This document shows, one piece after another, positions 13,796 to 20,930 of a stretch of DNA of 24,000 bases (position 1 is its first letter; each line of letters opens with the position of its first letter). Below the pieces are notes generated by a model. That model had not been told where the DNA came from. It saw nothing but the letters and a program-made list of their open reading frames with translations, and did no database searches. Location: positions 1 to 24,000 of the forward strand of contig NZ_JBAZKR010000041.1 of assembly GCF_041650655.1 (NCBI RefSeq), written 5' to 3'. The position numbers and the translations under genes were made by a program. Source of the DNA: Zavarzinia sp. Lineage in GTDB: Bacteria; Pseudomonadota; Alphaproteobacteria; Zavarziniales; Zavarziniaceae.

Positions 13796-14275
13796 ATGAC
13801 GCGTCGATTCCTGGTTCTCCCCGCCATCGTCCTGGTGCTGGCCGGGGCGGTTTTCGCCGCCGGGCACTTGTCGACCAAGCCGGCGCTGCTCGCCGCCCGC
13901 CTGACCGATGCCATGCCCGGCCCCTTCACGGCCGAGGTGATTTCCGTGGTCGACGGCGACACGCTCGAGGTCAGGGTGCCGATCTGGCTGGGCCAGGAAG
14001 TGGTGACAAGGGTCCGCCTCTCCGGTGTCGACACGCCGGAACTGCACGGCGATTGCGACGACGAACGGCGCAAGGCCCAGGCCGCGCGCGACCGCCTGAG
14101 CGAACTGGTGCGCAGCGGCACCGTCACCCTCCGCGACGTGCGCTACGACAAATATGGTGGCCGGGTGCTGGCCATCGTCTCGACCGCCGACGGCCGGCCG
14201 ATCGCCGACCTGCTGATCGCCAGCGGCCTTGCGCGCGCCTATGACGGCAGGGCACGGTCTGGTTGGTGCGGCTGA
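13796..14275 (+). CDS. Thermonuclease (SNase-like) family protein with N-terminal signal or anchor
   Basis: 'VVDGDTLEV...[11 protein letters not shown]' and 'YGGRVLAIV...[10 protein letters not shown]' match staphylococcal-nuclease-fold motifs. Hydrophobic N-terminus '[19 protein letters not shown]'. Confidence 0.8.
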   Translation: MTRRFLVLPAIVLVLAGAVFAAGHLSTKPALLAARLTDAMPGPFTAEVISVVDGDTLEVRVPIWLGQEVVTRVRLSGVDTPELHGDCDDERRKAQAARDRLSELVRSGTVTLRDVRYDKYGGRVLAIVSTADGRPIADLLIASGLARAYDGRARSGWCG

Positions 14276-14346
14276 CGACTTTCCCTTGTTCTTCCGTGAT
14301 TGCAAATTAATCTCGGTCCGGGCGATTCGGTGCGAAGGGGGCGGTG

Positions 14347-15807
14347 ATGGGCGACGGCAGGCGGGTGCCGGCTCTTTACAGCGAACGGCACTGGCGTTCT
14401 TTTGTCCTCGCGGCGGCTGCCGTGGGTGCTGTGCTCGGACTCGGCCTGCTGGCCGAGGGGCGCTTGGTCTTCCCGGTGATCTATCTGCCGCTGACCGCCG
14501 CTGTCCTGATCGGGACGGCGGCCGGCGGCTTCCTGCCCGGTGTGTTGGCGACAGCAATCGGCCTCGTGGTCCCCGTGCTGGCGCGTGACGGCGCTGCAGC
14601 GGCCGACATGTCGGCCCCCCTCATGTTCGCGGCCACCGGAATCGCCCTCTCGCTGGGGGGCGGCTGGTTCCATTCCACCCGGCTTCGCGCCGCCGCCAAC
14701 AATGATCACCTGCGCTCGATCCTCGAGACCGTGCCGGACGCCATGATCGTGATCGATTCCCATGGCCTGATGCGCTCCTTCAGCGCGGCGGCGGAACGGC
14801 TCTTCGGCTGGAACGCCGACGAGATGATCGGGCGCAATGTCTCGACCCTGATGCCCGATCCCTACCGGACGGCGCACGACGGCTATCTGGCCCGCTACCT
14901 GAAGACCAACGAGAAGCGGATCATTGGCGTGGGCCGCATCATCGTCGGCCAGCGCAAGGACGGCACCACCTTCCCGATGGAACTGCACGTCGGCGAGACC
15001 CGCGGCCGCGAACGCTTCTTCACCGGCTTCATACGCGATCTGTCCGAGCGCCAGCAGGTCGAGGCGCGGCTGCAGGACCTGCAGGCGGAACTGGTCCATG
15101 TCTCGCGCCTGATGGCGGTCGGCGAGATGGCGTCGATGCTGGCGCACGAGCTGAACCAGCCGCTCTCGGCGATCGCCAATCTGCTCTCGGGCTCGCGCCG
15201 GCTGATCGAGCGCGGCCGGGAAGAGGATGGTCCCAAGATCGCGGAAGCGGTGCAGAAGGCGGCGCAGCAGGCGCTCCGGGCCGGCGACATCATCCACCGG
15301 ATGCGCAATTTCGTCAGCCGGGGCGACGGCGAGCGCAGCGTCGAGAATCTGTCGAAGGTGATCGAGGAAGCCTGTGCCCTCGCTCTGGTGGGGGCCAAGG
15401 AACGCCAGATCGACGTGCGTTTCCAGCTCGATCCGGCCGTCACCTCGGTCTTCGTCGACCGGGTGCAGATCCAGCAGGTGCTGCTCAACCTGATCCGCAA
15501 CGCGATCGAGGCGATGCAGGACGGGGCCGTGCGCCGCCTGCTGATCGCCACCGCCAAGCGCGAGGACGGCAGCGCCCTGATCAGCGTCGCCGATACCGGC
15601 TCGGGTCTCGCCGACGAGATCCGCGAGCGCCTGTTCCAGGCCTTCATGACCACCAAGCCCCAGGGCATGGGCGTCGGCCTGTCGATCTCGCGCTCGATCG
15701 TCGATGCCCATGGCGGGCGCATCTGGGCCGAAGCCAATCCCGGCGGTGGCACCATCTTCTATTTCACCTTGCCACCCGCACCGATGGAGGGCGCCACCGA
15801 TGAGTGA
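14347..15807 (+). CDS. fixL: Oxygen-sensing heme-PAS histidine kinase FixL
   Basis: About four N-terminal TM segments. Heme-PAS signature '[66 protein letters not shown]'. H-box '[13 protein letters not shown]', and N/G boxes '[10 protein letters not shown]' and 'DTGSGL...[13 protein letters not shown]'. Start is ATG 14347 or the adjacent GTG 14344. Confidence 0.9.
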   Translation: MGDGRRVPALYSERHWRSFVLAAAAVGAVLGLGLLAEGRLVFPVIYLPLTAAVLIGTAAGGFLPGVLATAIGLVVPVLARDGAAAADMSAPLMFAATGIALSLGGGWFHSTRLRAAANNDHLRSILETVPDAMIVIDSHGLMRSFSAAAERLFGWNADEMIGRNVSTLMPDPYRTAHDGYLARYLKTNEKRIIGVGRIIVGQRKDGTTFPMELHVGETRGRERFFTGFIRDLSERQQVEARLQDLQAELVHVSRLMAVGEMASMLAHELNQPLSAIANLLSGSRRLIERGREEDGPKIAEAVQKAAQQALRAGDIIHRMRNFVSRGDGERSVENLSKVIEEACALALVGAKERQIDVRFQLDPAVTSVFVDRVQIQQVLLNLIRNAIEAMQDGAVRRLLIATAKREDGSALISVADTGSGLADEIRERLFQAFMTTKPQGMGVGLSISRSIVDAHGGRIWAEANPGGGTIFYFTLPPAPMEGATDE

Positions 15808-16405
15808 GATGTTGGTACACCTCATCGACGACGATGACAGCGCGCGCGACGCGCTCGCCTTCATGCTCGAGTCGGCGGATTACCGGGTCGTCACCTTTCC
15901 CGCCGCACCCGCCTTCCTGGAGGCCCTGCCGGGCCTCGCCAAGGGCTGCATCGTGACCGACGTGCGCATGCCGGACATGACCGGGATCGAGCTGGTGCAC
16001 CGCCTGAACGCGCTCAAGGTGACGATGCCGGTGATCGTGATCACGGGGCACGGCGACATTCCCCTGGCGATCGAGGCGATGCGCGCCGGCGTCGTCGACT
16101 TCATCGAGAAGCCCTTCGCCGAGGAACGCATCCTGGACGCCCTGGCGATGGCGGCCGAGCGCCTCGGCCCGGACGAGACCGCTGCGGAACGCCAGGCGAT
16201 CCTGGACCGCATGGCGACCCTTTCGGAACGCGAGCGCGAAGTGCTGGACGGCGTGGTCGCCGGACGGCCCAACAAGATCATCGCCCGCGACCTCGGCATC
16301 AGCCCGCGCACGGTCGAAATCTACCGTGCCAAGGTGATGGCCAAGATGCAGGCGGACAATCTGGCGGCATTGGTGCGCATGTCGCTCGCCCTCGGCGCCG
16401 CCTGA
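15800..16405 (+). CDS. fixJ: Response regulator FixJ (receiver + LuxR-type HTH)
   Basis: '[14 protein letters not shown]...[15 protein letters not shown]...[28 protein letters not shown]' followed by '[43 protein letters not shown]'. The ATG overlaps the fixL 3' end by 8 nt. Confidence 0.9.
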   Translation: MSEMLVHLIDDDDSARDALAFMLESADYRVVTFPAAPAFLEALPGLAKGCIVTDVRMPDMTGIELVHRLNALKVTMPVIVITGHGDIPLAIEAMRAGVVDFIEKPFAEERILDALAMAAERLGPDETAAERQAILDRMATLSEREREVLDGVVAGRPNKIIARDLGISPRTVEIYRAKVMAKMQADNLAALVRMSLALGAA

Positions 16406-16807
16406 TCAGAGCAGCGAACGGATCTTCCGGCTGAGGGCATCGGTTATCAGCGGCTTTTCGACGATCGGCGTGCCCATGCGCTTGGCCCGCCGGCGGCAGC
16501 GATCGTCGGGCTCCGTCGTGATCAGGACGGCGGGGGCGACGGCGCCGCGGCGGCGCAATTCGGCCAGGAGGTCGAGGCCGTCGAGCGGGGTCAGCAGGAA
16601 ATCGATGATGAAACAGGCGGCCCGATCGAGATCGGGGGCCGACAGGACCGATCCTTGGTCGGGGAAGCTGCGGGTGGCGTAGCCCTCGGTCTCGAGCGCG
16701 AAAGACAATGCGTCCAGCAAAGCCGCATCATCTTCCACGAGGAAGATGCAGGGCCTTCTGTCCGCTGTGACCATCATGCCGGCCGATTCGTCGCTACGCA
16801 TGTCCAT
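16406..16807 (-). CDS. Single-domain response regulator (receiver only), possible FixT-like modulator
   Basis: 'IFLVEDDAALLDAL', 'FIIDFLLTPLDGLDLL', 'VLITTEPD' and 'IVEKP' supply the acidic pocket, phospho-Asp, Thr and Lys of a receiver domain. There is no output domain. Start is uncertain: 16807, or the internal Met-Met at 16777/16774. Confidence 0.75.
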   Translation of the reverse strand: MDMRSDESAGMMVTADRRPCIFLVEDDAALLDALSFALETEGYATRSFPDQGSVLSAPDLDRAACFIIDFLLTPLDGLDLLAELRRRGAVAPAVLITTEPDDRCRRRAKRMGTPIVEKPLITDALSRKIRSLL

Positions 16808-16835
16808 TGGCGTTACGGTGTCGCAGTTTTCGTGG

Positions 16836-16894
16836 GTTTCCCTTGATCCAACGCAATGCCGGGCGGATTCGGGGCCGCATACGTAGTTTCCCTT
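16836..16894. promoter_or_regulatory. Candidate FixJ/FixK control region in the receiver-fixK divergent intergenic space
   Basis: Perfect 9-bp direct repeat GTTTCCCTT at 16836-16844 and 16886-16894, 50 bp apart. The second copy sits in CATACGTAGTTTCCC. The first overlaps a half-consensus FixK/FNR box, TTGAT-CCAA-CGCAA (16843-16856). Confidence 0.35.
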
Positions 16895-16968
16895 AGGCGT
16901 CCTCCCGGAATTTCCGATCAGAGCGCGAGGCGGTATCCCTTTTGTGTCGCCAGCGAGAGGAGCCGCCG

Positions 16969-17640
16969 ATGCTCGAGAACACCCAGATCGTCACCGCCGC
17001 GAATGCCGTGTTCCCGATGCCCTCGATGGTGCTCGAAGGGGATCTGCCGCTGGACGGCGGCCAAGTCGTCCGCTTCGGCCGTGACGAAGAGATCTTCGGC
17101 CAGGGCGAACGCGCCGACTGTGTCTTCAAGGTGATTTCGGGCTGGGTGCGCACGTACCGCATCCTGCGCGATGGCCGCCGGCAGGTCGAAGGCTTCCACG
17201 TTGCCGGCGAATATTTCGGCATCGAAGCGGGCGCCGCGCATCGCGCCTCGGCCGAGGCGCTGGGCGGTGCCACCGTCGTCGTCATGCGCCGCTCCACCCT
17301 GAACGAATTGGCCGCGCGTCAGAGCGACATCGCCGCCACCCTGTTCCGCCTCGCGGTCCAGGGCCTGCAGCGCAGCCAGGAACATGTCGCGATGCTGAGC
17401 CACAAGTCGGCCGTCGAGCGGGTCGCCGGCTTCCTGCTCGACATGGCGGAACGGGCCGACGCCGGCCGTGGCTTCGAACTGCCGATGACCCGCCAGGACA
17501 TCGCCGACTATCTGAGCCTGACCATCGAGACCGTGTCGCGCACCCTGAGCCAGCTCCAGGCGAACGGCCTGATCGACATCCCGCGTTCCCGTAACATCGT
17601 GCTGCGCGAGCGCGAAGCCCTGGCCGACATGTGCGAGTGA
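16969..17640 (+). CDS. fixK: Crp/Fnr-family transcriptional regulator, FixK-type
   Basis: cNMP-like beta-roll 'FGQGERADCVFKVISGWVRTYRILRDGRRQVEGFHVAGEYFG'. Recognition helix 'MTRQDIADYLSLTIETVSRTLSQL' (E--SR). No N-terminal Cys cluster, so FixK rather than Fnr. GAGAGGAG SD 6 nt before the ATG at 16969. Adjacent to fixLJ. Confidence 0.85.
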   Translation: MLENTQIVTAANAVFPMPSMVLEGDLPLDGGQVVRFGRDEEIFGQGERADCVFKVISGWVRTYRILRDGRRQVEGFHVAGEYFGIEAGAAHRASAEALGGATVVVMRRSTLNELAARQSDIAATLFRLAVQGLQRSQEHVAMLSHKSAVERVAGFLLDMAERADAGRGFELPMTRQDIADYLSLTIETVSRTLSQLQANGLIDIPRSRNIVLREREALADMCE

Positions 17641-17647
17641 GCGCGGC

Positions 17648-17738
17648 CTTAACACTTAAGAAATATTGAAATTGAGGGGCGAAAGGCGCTATAGCTGATC
17701 CTGTGGTTTCACCCAGTTTTGCAGGGGCACACAGGATC
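17648..17738 (+). promoter_or_regulatory. AT-rich promoter island plus a 9-bp inverted repeat upstream of the peroxiredoxin-regulator operon
   Basis: CTTAA-CAC-TTAAG (17648-17660). TTGAAA (17666-17671)-N18-TATAGC (17690-17695), sigma70-like. GATCCTGTG (17697-17705) and CACAGGATC (17730-17738) form a perfect inverted repeat with a 24-nt spacer. Confidence 0.35.
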
Positions 17739-17789
17739 GTGATCGAGGGCGAGGCATCGGGCGAGGAATCGCTGGATCTCTATGACCGA

Positions 17790-18443
17790 ATGCCCCTGAT
17801 CGGCGAGGCGGCGCCCGATTTCCGGGCCCGTTCGACCCTGGGCGAGGTCGTGCTCTCGGCTTACCGCGGGCGTTGGGTCCTGCTGCTCTCCCATCCGGCC
17901 GATTTCACCCCGGTCTGCACTTCCGAATTCGTCGCCCTGGCCAAAGCGCAGGAGCGTTTCCGGGCGCTCGGCTGTGAGCTGATCGCGCTCTCGGTCGACA
18001 GTCTGTTCGCCCATATCGCCTGGTGCTTGTCGATCGAAGAGAAATTCGGCCAGCGCATCACCTTTCCGATCGTCGAGGATGTCTCGCTGGCGATTTCGCG
18101 TGCCTTCGGCATGGTGCATCCCGGTGTCGGCACTACCGCGACCATTCGTGCCTGCTTCGTGATCGACCCCGACGGGGTGATCCAGGCGATCCAATATTAT
18201 CCGATGGCGGTCGGCCGCTCGGTCGAGGAGTTGCTGCGCCTGGTCGCCGCCCTGACCACCGTCTCCTCCGACGGTTGTTCGGTCCCGGCCGACTGGCGCC
18301 CGGGTGAACAGGCGCTGCAACCGGCCCCGCTCTCGCTCGACGAGGCGCGCGGGCGCCGGGCCGAGGCCGGTGCCGCCGACTGGTATTTCGCCACCGGCGC
18401 CGGGAAGGCCAAGGGCCGCGGCGGTCGCGGAGGTGCGTCATGA
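17790..18443 (+). CDS. Peroxiredoxin, 1-Cys/Prx6-like
   Basis: 'MPLIGEAAPDFRARSTLGEV...WVLLLSHPADFTPVCTSEF' contains the peroxidatic-Cys motif PVCT. 'VPADWRPGE' is typical of Prx6-type enzymes. The ATG at 17790 gives the canonical N-terminus. The ORF-track start at 17703 is a GTG inside the inverted repeat. Confidence 0.85.
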   Translation: MPLIGEAAPDFRARSTLGEVVLSAYRGRWVLLLSHPADFTPVCTSEFVALAKAQERFRALGCELIALSVDSLFAHIAWCLSIEEKFGQRITFPIVEDVSLAISRAFGMVHPGVGTTATIRACFVIDPDGVIQAIQYYPMAVGRSVEELLRLVAALTTVSSDGCSVPADWRPGEQALQPAPLSLDEARGRRAEAGAADWYFATGAGKAKGRGGRGGAS

Positions 18444-18877
18444 CGGGTGAGGGGCTCACCTCCCTGGCCGACGAGGCCGCGGAATTCCTCAAGATCCTGG
18501 CCAATTCGAACCGCCTGATGATCGTCTGCCACCTGTTGCACGGCGAACGGTCGGTGGCCGAACTCGAGGCCGACCTGGCGATCCGCCAGCCGACCCTGTC
18601 GCAGCAGCTCGGCATCCTGCGCGAGGCCGGCATCGTGACCAGCCGGCGCGACGCCAAATCGGTGATCTATCAGCTGGCCGACGACCGCGCCCGTCCGCTG
18701 ATCGACGTCATGAACCAGTTGTTCTGCGCGGTACCCGAGGGGCGCCCGGCACCGCCCCCGCCACCGGCCCCGTTGCCGGGCGGCGAAACCTGGCGGAAGG
18801 CGGGCGGCGGCCCGCGTCCGCTCGGCGAAGCCGCGGCCTTCCCGACCGTCCGGCGCCGGCCGCGGCGTGGGGTCTGA
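18440..18877 (+). CDS. ArsR/SmtB-family winged-helix regulator, BigR/SqrR/YgaV-like (two-Cys persulfide sensor type)
   Basis: 'FLKILANSNRLMIVCHLLHGERSVAELEADLAIRQPTLSQQLGILREAGIVTSRRDAKSVIYQL' is an ArsR HTH. Cys30 and Cys96 are 66 residues apart, as for the sensing pairs in BigR (C42/C108) and SqrR (C41/C107). ATGA overlap with the peroxiredoxin stop. Pro-rich ~50-aa tail. Confidence 0.8.
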   Translation: MTGEGLTSLADEAAEFLKILANSNRLMIVCHLLHGERSVAELEADLAIRQPTLSQQLGILREAGIVTSRRDAKSVIYQLADDRARPLIDVMNQLFCAVPEGRPAPPPPPAPLPGGETWRKAGGGPRPLGEAAAFPTVRRRPRRGV

Positions 18878-19027
18878 GCCCGGCACGACACAGTCGATCG
18901 AGCACGTCCGCCCGCGCGGGCGGCGCTGCGCCATGCCACCCGGCTGACGGCTGCCCGGTCGAGGAAATCAAGTCGGCAAAAATGCCGCCCTCCAGTGGTT
19001 TCCTCCACCCCGCACCATCTGAATTCG

Positions 19028-19270
19028 TCATGGCCGGGCGCAGTCCCGGCCATCCACGCGACCAAGCCGCCTCTTGCGTCGACGAAGGTAGCTCGTCCCG
19101 ACGTGGATGCCCGGGGCAAGCCCGGGCATGACGATTGTGAGTGGTGCCGGGGGTACCTTGAAGCAATCCGATTTCCTAAACCGGAAAGCCGTGGGTTCGT
19201 ACCGGACATCCACGCGAACACCGTCGGTAGGGAGCTGCCATGGATGGCCGTGTCGAGCACGGCCATGACG
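19028..19270. repeat. Cluster of REP-like palindromic hairpin repeats (three full copies and one half copy)
   Basis: Copy 1, 19028-19060 (inverted orientation): stem ATGGCCGGG/CCCGGCCAT. Copy 2, 19102-19133: stem ATGCCCGGG/CCCGGGCAT. Copy 3, 19239-19270: stem ATGGCCGTG/CACGGCCAT. Shared flanks are CGTGGATG... and ...CATGACG. Half copy CCGGACATCCACGCG at 19202-19216. Confidence 0.7.
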
Positions 19271-19345
19271 GGCGAGGTCGTTTTTCAATGGATGCGTTGG
19301 TGCAGATTGCGTCGCAATTTCCGGCGTGGGCCTGTGAGATAGGGG

Positions 19346-19387
19346 TTGAAATTCATTATATAAAAACATAAATTCTAGAAACATAAA
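19346..19387 (+). promoter_or_regulatory. AT-rich promoter/operator island upstream of the MBL-fold gene operon
   Basis: TTGAAA (19346-19351)-N17-TAAATT (19369-19374). 8-bp palindrome TTCTAGAA (19373-19380). Direct repeats AAACATAAA (19364-72 and 19379-87) and AAATTC (19349-54 and 19370-75). AGGAG SD at 19403-19407. Confidence 0.4.
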
Positions 19388-19415
19388 GAGTGCGGCCAGC
19401 CCAGGAGCCCCGTCC

Positions 19416-20279
19416 ATGAAGCCCGTCGTCCAAGCCTTCTTCGATCCGGCCACCTATACGGTCAGCTATGTCGTCGAAGATCCGGCGACCAAGGTGGCCG
19501 CGATCGTCGATTCCGTGCTCGATTACGATCCGGCGTCCGGCCGCACCTCCCATGCCTCCGCCGACGAGATCATCGCCTTCGTGAAGGCCCGCGGCCTTAC
19601 CGTCGAATGGCTGCTGGAGACCCATGTCCATGCCGACCACCTGTCGGCCGCGCCCTACCTGAAGGCGGCCCTGGGCGGCAAGCTCGCCATCGGCGCCAAC
19701 ATCAAGGTGGTGCAGGGGATCTTCGCCAAGGTCTTCAACGCCGAGCCGGGCTTTGCCACCGACGGACGCCAGTTCGACCATCTGTTCACGGATGGCGAGA
19801 CCTTCGAGGTCGGTTCGATCGAGGCCCGGGCGCTGCACACGCCGGGTCACACGCCGGCCTGCATGACCTATGTGATCGGCGATGCCGGCTTCGTCGGCGA
19901 TACGCTGTTCATGCCCGACTACGGCACGGCGCGTTGCGACTTCCCGGGGGGCGACGCTGCCACGCTCTATCGCTCGATCCGGCGGATCTTCGCCCTGCCG
20001 CCGGAAACCCGCCTCTTCATGTGCCACGACTACAAGGCCCCCGGGCGCGACAGCTACGCCTGGGAGACCACGGTCGGGGACGAGAAGGCGCGCAACGTCC
20101 ATGTCCACGACGGCATCGCGGAAGCGGATTTCGTGAAGATGCGCAAGACGCGCGACGCTACGCTGGACATGCCGCGCCTGATCCTGCCCTCGGTCCAGGT
20201 CAACATGCGCGCGGGCGAACTGCCCCCGCCCGAGAGCAATGGTACGCGTTACCTGAAGATTCCCCTGAACGCCCTTTGA
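19416..20279 (+). CDS. MBL-fold metallo-hydrolase, persulfide dioxygenase-like (Blh/ETHE1 type)
   Basis: Metallo-beta-lactamase motif 'ETHVHADHLSA'. 'HTPGHTPACMTYV', 'GDTLFMPDYGTARCDFPGG' and 'LFMCHDY' resemble the Blh/ETHE1-like subgroup. Sits next to a BigR/SqrR-like regulator and sulfurtransferase-type genes. Confidence 0.8.
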   Translation: MKPVVQAFFDPATYTVSYVVEDPATKVAAIVDSVLDYDPASGRTSHASADEIIAFVKARGLTVEWLLETHVHADHLSAAPYLKAALGGKLAIGANIKVVQGIFAKVFNAEPGFATDGRQFDHLFTDGETFEVGSIEARALHTPGHTPACMTYVIGDAGFVGDTLFMPDYGTARCDFPGGDAATLYRSIRRIFALPPETRLFMCHDYKAPGRDSYAWETTVGDEKARNVHVHDGIAEADFVKMRKTRDATLDMPRLILPSVQVNMRAGELPPPESNGTRYLKIPLNAL

Positions 20280-20290
20280 GGAGTTTCGTC

Positions 20291-20491
20291 ATGACCCAGA
20301 ATGTCGGCTCTGCCGATCGCATCCTGCGCATCGTCGTAGGCCTGATCCTGCTCTCCCTCCTCGTCGTGCTGGACGGCTCGGCCCGCTGGTTCGGCCTGAT
20401 CGGCATCGTGCCGCTGGCGACCGCCGCCATGGGTTGGTGCCCGCTCTACACTCTGCTCGGCATCAAGACCTGCCCGGCCGGCAAACGCTGA
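20291..20491 (+). CDS. DUF2892 (YgaP C-terminal-like) small membrane protein
   Basis: 66 aa. 'GSADRILRIVVGLILLSL...GLIGIVPLATAAMGWCPLYTLLGIKTC' matches the recalled DUF2892 pattern. GAGGAG SD upstream. 11-nt gap from the preceding stop. Confidence 0.75.
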   Translation: MTQNVGSADRILRIVVGLILLSLLVVLDGSARWFGLIGIVPLATAAMGWCPLYTLLGIKTCPAGKR

Positions 20492-20498
20492 GGCGATC

Positions 20499-20930
20499 AT
20501 GGAAGCGCTGAAGCAGATCACCCCGGGGCTCACCGTGACCGGCGGGGTTTCGGTCGCCGATGTCGCCAAGCTGGCGGCCATGGGCTTCAAGACCCTGATC
20601 AACAATCGCCCGGACGGTGAGGAGTGGGGCCAGGCCAAGTCGGCCGCCATCGCCGCCGCCGCCGAAGCCCAGGGCATGGCCTATCGCCACCTGCCGATCG
20701 CCTCGCCCATGGCGGCCTCGCCCGCCGTGGTCGCGAGCTTCGCCGAGGCGCTGGCCGAGCTGCCGGGGCCGGTGCTGGCTTTCTGCCGCTCGGGCAACCG
20801 CTCGGCCTCGCTCTGGGCGCTCGCCCAGGCCGGGAACATGTCGGCCGACGACATCGTGGCGACCGCCCGGGCCGGCGGCTGCGATCTCTCCGGCCTCCGC
20901 CCCCTGCTCGGGGCGGCCAGCCGGGGATGA
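20499..20930 (+). CDS. DUF442 / TIGR01244-type sulfurtransferase (phosphatase-fold) protein
   Basis: 'VADVAKLAAMGFKTLINNRPDGE' and the active-site-like loop 'FCRSGNRS'. This domain is fused to Blh in the Xylella/Agrobacterium BigR operon (recalled). Confidence 0.7.
   Translation: MEALKQITPGLTVTGGVSVADVAKLAAMGFKTLINNRPDGEEWGQAKSAAIAAAAEAQGMAYRHLPIASPMAASPAVVASFAEALAELPGPVLAFCRSGNRSASLWALAQAGNMSADDIVATARAGGCDLSGLRPLLGAASRG

Noticed and set aside
14296-14312. AT-rich GTGATTGCAAATTAATC (GATT-N7-AATC inverted repeat) upstream of fixL as a regulator site.
   Set aside because: The arms are only 4 bp, which is within chance expectation. It is probably just the AT-rich core promoter of fixL.
16843-16856. 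TTGATCCAACGCAA as a bona fide FixK/FNR anaerobox.
   Set aside because: Only the left half-site matches TTGAT-N4-ATCAA; the right half is CGCAA. It is kept only as a weak candidate inside the regulatory-region finding, not called as a binding site. No full-consensus anaerobox was seen in any intergenic region of the window.
18670-19453. ORFs 18995-19342 (+), 19028-19453 (-), 18670-19266 (-) and 18708-19166 (-) in the 540-bp spacer.
   Set aside because: They are read-throughs of the palindromic repeats ('DARGKPGHDD', 'MPGLAPGIHV'). They have no SD, no coherent domain, and overlap each other on both strands. The region is treated as noncoding repeat DNA.
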